Positions 57,280 through 64,000 of a stretch of 64,000 nucleotides of DNA are shown one piece after another. The notes below the pieces were generated by a model that saw only the letters and a program-made list of their open reading frames with translations, did not search any database and was not told the DNA's origin. The stretch lies in the NCBI GenBank assembly GCA_963770895.1, contig CAVYRF010000002.1, positions 896,001 through 960,000 on the forward strand. Reading direction: 5' to 3'. This DNA comes from an uncultured Acidobacteriota bacterium (GTDB lineage Bacteria > Acidobacteriota > Thermoanaerobaculia > Multivoradales > UBA5704). The translations under genes were made by a program, and so were the position numbers. Within the stretch, counting starts at the first letter, position 1. Each line of letters starts with the position of its first letter.

Positions 57280-59571
57280 CTACCGCCGGGGGAGCAGGCT
57301 CTTGCCGTCGAGGCGCTCGGGGGGGGCGACTTTGTAGAGGTCGAGGATGGTGGGCATGACGTCGCCCATTTTGGCGTCGGCGGCGTCGAGCTTGAAGTTG
57401 CTGAAGAGGATGCCCTTGACCAGGGGCGGATAGACGGAGCAGTGGTCCCCGGACCAGATCTGGTCGTTGGGTTCGACGATGGTCTTGCCGATGCCGCCCA
57501 GGCTGTCCTGCCAGCCGACGCGGTAGCCCTCGCTGTTGGAGGGGATGAGGTCGGGGATCAGCTCGGGATCGTAGGTGCCGTAGGCCTCGTCGCGGGTGAA
57601 GACGTGGGCCACGGGGTGCTCACCGGTGTCGGGATCGACGTAGGACTGCAGGCCGGCGATGATGGCGGCGGTCACCTGCTTGTAGTCCTCGCCCGGCTTG
57701 ACGATGCCCTTGGCTTCGCGTCCGGCGAGGTTGATGTAGATCTGGCCCAGGCCCAGGGCGTAGGCCTTGGTCTTGGACCAGTCCACGTTGACGAAGAAGT
57801 CGCCCTGGCCGAACAGATCTTCCAGGTTTTTGCGCTTGGTGTCTTCGCCGGTCAGGCTCATGAAGCCGTTGGTCGCCAACCAGGTGTTGTAGTTCATGCC
57901 GCGGCGGAAGGAAGCGAAGCCGTGGTCCGACACCACCATCAGCGCGGTGCCGGCGGGCATTTTCTGCATCGTCTCGCCGACGATGTCGTCCATCTGCTGA
58001 TAGGCGGCCAGCACCGACGGGCCCCAGCGCTTGGCGCCTTCGGCGGTGTAGAGCGGGTGCTTCGGATCGAGGAAGCGGAACATCATGTGCTGCACCCGAT
58101 CGGTGAATTCGAAGTAGTGCACCATCACGTCCCAATCGTCGTCCGCCAGCTGCGTGCGCAGGATCTGCCGATCCTTGTCGACGGTCTGGCGAACGTCTTC
58201 CAGGAACACCTGCTCGTCCGAGGTGCCGTCGGTGAGCGACCAGGTATCGATCATCCAGCCGATGGTCTTGAACAAGCCGAAGCGATGGGTCAGGTCGCCG
58301 ACAAAGGAGCTGGGCGCGGTGATGGCGAAACCGGGGGGCAGGCGCTCGGGATCGAATTGAATGGGCGACAGGTAGATGCGCAGCTCGGGCGCCACCGACA
58401 GGACGCGGAACTTGCCGATGCCATGCACCTGGATGAGCCGGTTGAAGGGGAAGGTGAAGCGCGCCCAGTCGCTCCATTGGCCGGGCTTCAAGGTGATGTC
58501 GTTGCCCGAGACCTGGATGCGCACGCTGGCGCGGTCGGGGGGCACGGTCAGGCGCATCGGGATCGAAATGAAGTCGCCGTGCTGCGGGAAGAGGTCGTTG
58601 GGGACCTCCTTGATCTCGGTGTCGATCACCCCTTTGTTGTCGGGCAGCTCGACCACTTCCACCTTGAAGTCGCCGCCGCCCTTGGGGGTGAAGAACAGCT
58701 CCGAGGTGAAGTAGAACGGCTTGCCGATGCGCGCCGACAGGTCGGGCGTGCCCAGGCCGCTGAGCAGCCGGCCGTGCTCGAACTCCTTGGGCGGGAAGGT
58801 GACCGGCACCCGCATCACCCGCACGTGCTTGCCGGCGTTGCCCAGGATGGACCAGAAGGTGGCGCCGCGCTGGCGGTTGAACGGCACCGGGTGCTGCTTG
58901 GGCAGCATGCGGTTGGCGGCGTAGCCGAAAAACAGACCCGCGGCCACGGCGACGACCAGCGCGGCCGGCACGCCGAACACCAGCCGCCACCGCGGCGAAA
59001 CGAGCCGCCGCCGCACCAGCACCGCCACCAGCGCCCCCAGCAGGAAGACCGCCGCGCCGGCAATGCCGCCGACGACCCAGCCGTTGTTGGCGCCCCACAG
59101 GAAGGGCTCCTTCTTGACGTCGAAGGCGGCAAAGCTGGGGTGGTAGGTCTGCGGGTCGCGCTTGAGGAAGTCGAAGATGCCGTGACGGCCAGGATTGAGG
59201 CCGGTGGCAAAGGTGGACCACGACACCGGCGTCTGCGACGGGATGGTCGACAGCAGCGGCGCGAAGGTCCCCTGCCGCGCCAGCGCCGCCAGGTGGGGGA
59301 GCTTCCCCTCGTCCATCCACTTCTGCGTCAGCTTGGCGTCGGCGCCGTCGAAGCCCAAAATCAACAGCCGCCGCGGCGGCTGGCCGTCCGCGCCCACGGC
59401 CGCCGCGGCGCCGGCTGCCGGAGCGGCGTCGGCGGCGCGCATCGCCCGCACGTGGACGGCAAGCGCCGCCAAGGCCAGGACCATCACCAGGGCGGCACCC
59501 AGGAGCCGGCGGAACAGGCGCCGGCGGCCCGACCGGAGCAGAGTTTGGGACGGGGGCAGGGTCTTGCGCAT
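57280..59571 (-). CDS. Alkaline phosphatase superfamily (type I phosphodiesterase/nucleotide pyrophosphatase) membrane protein
   Basis: LGFDGAD, STIPSQTPVSWSTFATG, DRVQH, VVSDHGF, WSGDH. Confidence 0.9.
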   Translation of the reverse strand: MRKTLPPSQTLLRSGRRRLFRRLLGAALVMVLALAALAVHVRAMRAADAAPAAGAAAAVGADGQPPRRLLILGFDGADAKLTQKWMDEGKLPHLAALARQGTFAPLLSTIPSQTPVSWSTFATGLNPGRHGIFDFLKRDPQTYHPSFAAFDVKKEPFLWGANNGWVVGGIAGAAVFLLGALVAVLVRRRLVSPRWRLVFGVPAALVVAVAAGLFFGYAANRMLPKQHPVPFNRQRGATFWSILGNAGKHVRVMRVPVTFPPKEFEHGRLLSGLGTPDLSARIGKPFYFTSELFFTPKGGGDFKVEVVELPDNKGVIDTEIKEVPNDLFPQHGDFISIPMRLTVPPDRASVRIQVSGNDITLKPGQWSDWARFTFPFNRLIQVHGIGKFRVLSVAPELRIYLSPIQFDPERLPPGFAITAPSSFVGDLTHRFGLFKTIGWMIDTWSLTDGTSDEQVFLEDVRQTVDKDRQILRTQLADDDWDVMVHYFEFTDRVQHMMFRFLDPKHPLYTAEGAKRWGPSVLAAYQQMDDIVGETMQKMPAGTALMVVSDHGFASFRRGMNYNTWLATNGFMSLTGEDTKRKNLEDLFGQGDFFVNVDWSKTKAYALGLGQIYINLAGREAKGIVKPGEDYKQVTAAIIAGLQSYVDPDTGEHPVAHVFTRDEAYGTYDPELIPDLIPSNSEGYRVGWQDSLGGIGKTIVEPNDQIWSGDHCSVYPPLVKGILFSNFKLDAADAKMGDVMPTILDLYKVAPPERLDGKSLLPRR

Positions 59572-59684
59572 GGGGAACCGAACCTCGTGGCGGATGGCGG
59601 CGTTGCGGGGCGAAGGTTTCACGGCGGCGAAGGGGTAGCACTATACCAGACCGGCCCCCACCGCCAGCACCCCGCGCCACTCCT

Positions 59685-59693
59685 TGCTATAAT
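59685..59693 (+). promoter_or_regulatory. Extended -10 promoter
   Basis: TGCTATAAT, 25 nt upstream of the GGDEF start. Confidence 0.55.
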
Positions 59694-59718
59694 CCGCGAC
59701 GTTCGATCGGAAAACCCT

Positions 59719-60852
59719 ATGGCTGGCGCAGAGACCGAGCTCCGTACCGTGGAGGGCTCCAGCGCGCTGGTGGCGATCGAGCGCGAGCGTTTCCATTCCT
59801 ATTCGCAGCTGGTCCGCAATCTCCACTGGCTGGCGGCAGCCCTGGTGGTGCTGTATGGGCTGCTGTCGCGCGGGGCCAGGATCCCGGCGCTGCTGACCCA
59901 GGGCGTCGCCCTGGGCTCCGACCTGGGGACGCTGCTGGTGCTGGCCGGCACCATGGTGGCCTACACGCTGGCGTTGCACTCGCGTCTGTTCGCGCGCTTC
60001 TCGCTCGAAGAGCGGATGTGGGCGGAAAACGTCGTCGACCTGTCCTGGATCACCGCCGTGGTGCTGTTCACCGACGCCACGCGCAGCCCGTTCTTCTTTC
60101 TGTACTACATCGTGCTGTACGCCTCGACGCCGTCCACCAGCCGCCGCCAGACCTACGGCAAGGCGATCGCGATCAGCGTGCTGATGCTGTTCGTCATCCT
60201 GCCGCTGGGCGCCGGCACGATCAACCGGTCCAAGCTCGCCGCGCAATGGGCGACGCTGGCGGGCAACCTGCTGTGGCCGCTCGCCGGCGTGTGGCTGGTG
60301 GCCTACTTCTCCGCCGAAGCGGGGACCCTGGGCGCCAACCTTCACCAATCGCTGTTCCTGGCCGCTCACACCGACGCCCTGACCGACCTGCCGAACCTGC
60401 GCTACTTCACCACCGCCGCAGACGCGCGCGGCAAGCTGGGCGGCTTCTACACCATCGTCATGGTCGACGCCGACAACCTGAAGAAGGTGAACGACACCCA
60501 TGGGCATGCGGTCGGCTCCGAGCTGATCCGCACCGTCGCGGACGCCATCCGCAGCGCCGCCCGCAGCGGCGACGACCTGTGCTCCCGCATCGGCGGCGAC
60601 GAGTTCATCGTCCGCCTGGCGAGCGCCTCCGAAGCCGGCGCGCTCGCCTACTGCCGGCGGGTGCGCACCTACCTTGGCGAGCACCCCCTGCGGATCGGCA
60701 CCGACACCCTGCTGCCCATCTCGGTTTCGATGGGCATCGCCGCGTTTCCCAAACACGGCCGCACCCTGTCGGAGGTCACCCGCCACGCCGACGAGGCCCT
60801 GTACCGCAGCAAGCAGGAAGGCCGCGCCCGCGACAACGTGTGGGCCGCCTGA
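59719..60852 (+). CDS. Membrane diguanylate cyclase (GGDEF)
   Basis: Multiple TM helices, TDALTDLPN, DADNLKKVNDTHGH, RIGGDEF, ADEALYRSK. Confidence 0.93.
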   Translation: MAGAETELRTVEGSSALVAIERERFHSYSQLVRNLHWLAAALVVLYGLLSRGARIPALLTQGVALGSDLGTLLVLAGTMVAYTLALHSRLFARFSLEERMWAENVVDLSWITAVVLFTDATRSPFFFLYYIVLYASTPSTSRRQTYGKAIAISVLMLFVILPLGAGTINRSKLAAQWATLAGNLLWPLAGVWLVAYFSAEAGTLGANLHQSLFLAAHTDALTDLPNLRYFTTAADARGKLGGFYTIVMVDADNLKKVNDTHGHAVGSELIRTVADAIRSAARSGDDLCSRIGGDEFIVRLASASEAGALAYCRRVRTYLGEHPLRIGTDTLLPISVSMGIAAFPKHGRTLSEVTRHADEALYRSKQEGRARDNVWAA

Positions 60853-60952
60853 ACCATCCCATCCCCCCAGCCCTCCTTGCCAACCTGGTGTCCCGAGTCA
60901 GAGCGCGGATGGCTCGCCGACCGACGCCGCGCTTTCTGACTCGGGACGGTAC

Positions 60953-62362
60953 CTACTTGGCGTAGCCGAGCGACCGCAGGCGAGCCAGGTCCTCCGGCGA
61001 GGGCTGCACCAGGGGATCGGGGCGCAGGCCGGCGAGCAGGCGATGCTCCTCCTGGTCGTGGGCGCGGGCCTGCATGTAGCGCGCAAGGAGGGCCGCAGCC
61101 AGTTGGGGACGGTCGCGCAATCGATTCTGCGTTTCGCCGGGATCGCGCGATACGTTGTACAGCTCGGTCGCATGGTCGTCCGCCACCAGCAGCGACCATA
61201 GCGGCGTGCGCAACTTCTCCCGCGAGCCGGCCATGTAGACCCAGCAGCGGCCCTCGCGGCCGGCGGTCAGCAGCGGCAGCAGGCTGCGCCCTTCGGCTTC
61301 GGGGTTGCACGGGATGCCCAGAGCATCCAGCACGGTCGGCATGATCTCCAGGGTCGAGACCAGCTCGGAGATCCGCCGGCCGCCGAAGACGCCGTGCGGG
61401 AAGCGGATCATCAGCGGCACGTGCGCGATCTCTTCGTAATTCTGCTCGTGCAGGAAGCGGCCGTGCTCGGCGAACTCCTCGCCATGGTCGGCGGTCAGCA
61501 CGATCAGCGTCGTGTCCCACAGGCCGAGCACCCGCAGGTGGTGGAAGAGCTGCTCCAGCTGGGCGTCGACGTAGGCGATGCCGCCATCGTACAGGCCCTT
61601 CATGTATTCGACGTCGGCGGCGCTGAACACGTCCTTGCGGACCGCCTTCGGCATCTTGTCGACCGCCAGCAGCAGCTCGCTGGCGCACAGGCCGTTGCGG
61701 CAGCCGTCGAAGGTGCCGTGATATCCGGCGGTGAACATCCGGTTGTACGCCGGGCCGTGATCGTAGGGCAGGCGCTTGAAGGTGGAATGGACGTCGTAGG
61801 TGTGCAGGAACAGGAAGAACTTGCCGCCGTGATAGGAATCGATCCATTGGTAGAGCATCGGCAGCTCGACCGCAAAGTCGCCGCCCCAGTCGTAGAAGAA
61901 ATCGAAACCTTTTCCGAGCCCGTACATGGCGCGCACGAAACCGCCGCCGGTGTAGCCGCGGGTGTGGTAGCCCGCGGCACGCAGCTGCTCGGCCAGGGTG
62001 ATGCGTTGCGGCGACAGCGCGTGGGGGCTGTCCGCCCACTCTCCATGCACGGTGGGCGGCAGCGAGGTGAACATCGAGGCGTGCACCGGCAGCGTGCCGC
62101 CGCCGGTGTTGATATTGCGATCGAACACCACGGCCTCGCGCGCGAATCGATCGATATTGGGGCTGACCGGCCGGGGGTATCCGTACACCCCAAGATGGTC
62201 CGCCCGCAACGTGTCGATCGAGATCAGCAGCACGTTGCAGCCGCGGCACCGGTACCCGGCGTCGACCAGGCCGGGACCGGCGGGTTTGTGCGTCCAATTG
62301 CAGCCCAACGCCAGCGTTACAGCAAGCAGACCGGGCAATGCCCGCAACGGATATGCCTTCAT
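60953..62362 (-). CDS. Sulfatase-like hydrolase/transferase (probable lipoprotein)
   Basis: ISIDTLRADHLG, TLPVHASMFT (Thr in place of Cys/Ser), HTYDVH, TADHGEEF, LRSLGY; LALGC lipobox. Confidence 0.9.
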   Translation of the reverse strand: MKAYPLRALPGLLAVTLALGCNWTHKPAGPGLVDAGYRCRGCNVLLISIDTLRADHLGVYGYPRPVSPNIDRFAREAVVFDRNINTGGGTLPVHASMFTSLPPTVHGEWADSPHALSPQRITLAEQLRAAGYHTRGYTGGGFVRAMYGLGKGFDFFYDWGGDFAVELPMLYQWIDSYHGGKFFLFLHTYDVHSTFKRLPYDHGPAYNRMFTAGYHGTFDGCRNGLCASELLLAVDKMPKAVRKDVFSAADVEYMKGLYDGGIAYVDAQLEQLFHHLRVLGLWDTTLIVLTADHGEEFAEHGRFLHEQNYEEIAHVPLMIRFPHGVFGGRRISELVSTLEIMPTVLDALGIPCNPEAEGRSLLPLLTAGREGRCWVYMAGSREKLRTPLWSLLVADDHATELYNVSRDPGETQNRLRDRPQLAAALLARYMQARAHDQEEHRLLAGLRPDPLVQPSPEDLARLRSLGYAK

Positions 62363-62432
62363 TTTGCCATCCCCCGTCAGATGCATGACGATCATGCGGG
62401 CAATCCGCCGCTTCGGCAAGAGGGACCGCGGC

Positions 62433-63680
62433 TCACTGGCAGCTGGCGGGGAAGGCGTAGCTGTCGGTGACCGCGGGCGCCGGCAGCCCCAGGTAGTTGA
62501 AGTAGACCTTGCCGATGCCGGTGCGCACGTCGGTGACCTCCAGCCTATAGAAGACGTCGGTGGTGGCCGCCGAGAACACCCAAAAACTGCTGTCGAGCGC
62601 ACAACCGTCGATCACCTTGACCATCAGCTCCCAGTTGCTGGGATCGAAGAACCAGAAGAGGCCCGAGCCGCTGCCGGCGGCCGGACTGGCGCCGGGCGGT
62701 GTTACCGCCGGCGCGACGGGGACGACGGAGCCCACGCCGGTGGCGCCGTAGGCGGTGCGCCAGCTGACGTCGATGAGAAAGGACCCTTCCAGGCAGAGCG
62801 CCGTCGCCGTCGAATCGCCGCACGACGGAGCGACCGCCGGCCGCGTCACGCTCCAGGTACCGCCGAACGAGCCGTTGTAGACGCCCAAGGCGTCGCTGCC
62901 GTCCGCCTGCAGGCTCCACACCGCCACCAGTCCGGGCTGTGGCACGGTCAGGGCGATACTGATCGTGGCGCGGATCTGGTCCACCGTGCGCGCCACGCTC
63001 CACAGCCGCATCTCGGTCATCGTACCGGCGGGACTGTAGGGCCACGACACGTCGCCGCCGATGCGCAACGCCGCCGTGCTCACCGCCGGCGGACCCGGCA
63101 CCGCGAACGATCCGACCAGCTCGCCGTCGACGTAGTGGCTCTGCGTCGTCCCATCGAAGGTCACCGCCAGGTGGGTCCACTGCCCGGCGGGCACCGTGCC
63201 GGCGGCGAACGCCGAGCCGCTGCCGCGGAACGACGCCTGCAAGGTATTGCCGCAGACCCCGAACCAGTAGGCTTGCGTCTCATCCTTGCCGGCCAGGCTG
63301 CGGCAGGCCTGGCCGCCGAACGGCGTCGCCAGATTGACCCAGGCCTCCAGCGTGATCGCCGAGGCAGGATTGAGCGCCGGGCTGTCCGCCACCTCAAGGT
63401 AGCCGTTGCCCGTCGCCGGATCGCCCGTACCGCTCCACAGGATCGCACCGCCAAAGGGCTGCGCCGCGGCCGGCGGCGCCAACCCCGCCAACCCCGCCAA
63501 CATTGCGCTGCCGGCGGCAGCGCTCAGCAAGGCTCTGGCGACCGCGCGGCAGAGAGCCGCCGCCCCCCTGGTCGCCGCCCCGACCGCCATCGTCATGGGT
63601 GCCACCGCGGTCGCCACGACAGCCGCCGCCGGCCGGCGGCAGGAAGACACGTTGCCCAGCATGGAAATTGTGGGGATCAT
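62433..63680 (-). CDS. Secreted LamG/concanavalin-like protein with a C-terminal FWFF domain
   Basis: AAGGAGG RBS; ITLEAWV, WTHLAVTFDG, YVDG, EMRLWSVART; SGLFWFFDPSNWELMVKVIDGC. Confidence 0.88.
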   Translation of the reverse strand: MIPTISMLGNVSSCRRPAAAVVATAVAPMTMAVGAATRGAAALCRAVARALLSAAAGSAMLAGLAGLAPPAAAQPFGGAILWSGTGDPATGNGYLEVADSPALNPASAITLEAWVNLATPFGGQACRSLAGKDETQAYWFGVCGNTLQASFRGSGSAFAAGTVPAGQWTHLAVTFDGTTQSHYVDGELVGSFAVPGPPAVSTAALRIGGDVSWPYSPAGTMTEMRLWSVARTVDQIRATISIALTVPQPGLVAVWSLQADGSDALGVYNGSFGGTWSVTRPAVAPSCGDSTATALCLEGSFLIDVSWRTAYGATGVGSVVPVAPAVTPPGASPAAGSGSGLFWFFDPSNWELMVKVIDGCALDSSFWVFSAATTDVFYRLEVTDVRTGIGKVYFNYLGLPAPAVTDSYAFPASCQ

Positions 63681-63817
63681 GAAATCCCTCCTTTCTATGC
63701 TGTAAGGACGGAAACGCCCCGCCGCAACGCGCAACTCGCCGCAACTTTTTTCACGCCGCCCCCCCGTCCACGCGACCGTGGCAGCCGGCAGGTCGGAGCT
63801 GGAGGCTGGCAGTTAGG

Positions 63818-64000
63818 CTAGAAGGTCGCCGCGAGCGCCGGCGCGGTGCGGCCGCGGTAGATGGCCAGATAGCTTTCCAGGGCGGTCAGCGCCAGCCGGT
63901 CGGCCGAGCTGGTCACGACGCGAATGCCGCCCCGCCGCAGGTGGGCGGCAAGCCGCCGGTTGGCCAGACTGATCTCCAGGGCGGCCACCTGGGCGAAGGC
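63818..64000 (-). CDS. C-terminus of a probable DUF58 (vWA-like, MoxR-associated) protein; starts outside the window
   Basis: AFAQVAALEISLANRRLAAHLRRGGIRVVTSSADRLALTALESYL...F*. Confidence 0.6.
   Translation of the reverse strand, partial: AFAQVAALEISLANRRLAAHLRRGGIRVVTSSADRLALTALESYLAIYRGRTAPALAATF

Noticed and set aside
56845-60852. 1335-aa plus-strand ORF as a giant GGDEF protein
   Set aside because: Only 59719-60852 is real; the upstream part is antisense to the phosphodiesterase gene and spans repeats.

Overview
GC-rich bacterial chromosomal window. The gene content (zf-HC2/TPR protein, repeated FWFF-type C-terminal domains, sulfatase-like and M16 peptidase genes) suggests Acidobacteriota, possibly Thermoanaerobaculia; this is an inference. 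The backbone carries housekeeping, stress and envelope genes: a CLC-CBS channel, YcaQ glycosylase, glk, osmC, bactofilin, NUDIX, a histidine kinase, FAAL, TonB, an M16 pair, a Ser/Thr kinase, YihY, tRNA-Ala(CGC), a GGDEF protein and a sulfatase. A ~14.6 kb aryl-polyene-like type II FAS/PKS cluster with a flavin halogenase-like gene lies at 20080-34716. Four visibly less GC-rich accessory cassettes are embedded in the backbone. (i) A DUF262 + HipA-kinase pair with no HipB, bracketed by 37-bp inverted repeats. (ii) A DUF3800 gene with an internal amber stop, facing a promoter-driven three-way-junction RNA. (iii) A dGTPase exactly bracketed by 16-bp hairpin direct repeats beside the tRNA. (iv) A full-length Hsp90/HtpG chaperone fused to an NDT/TIR-like effector and an HhH-like tail, with a helical partner gene, sitting among decayed PIN toxin-antitoxin loci; this is the best candidate for a new defence system. 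Several MITE/REP-like repeats and a candidate structured ncRNA are also present. All calls come from reading motifs by eye; no database searches were run.
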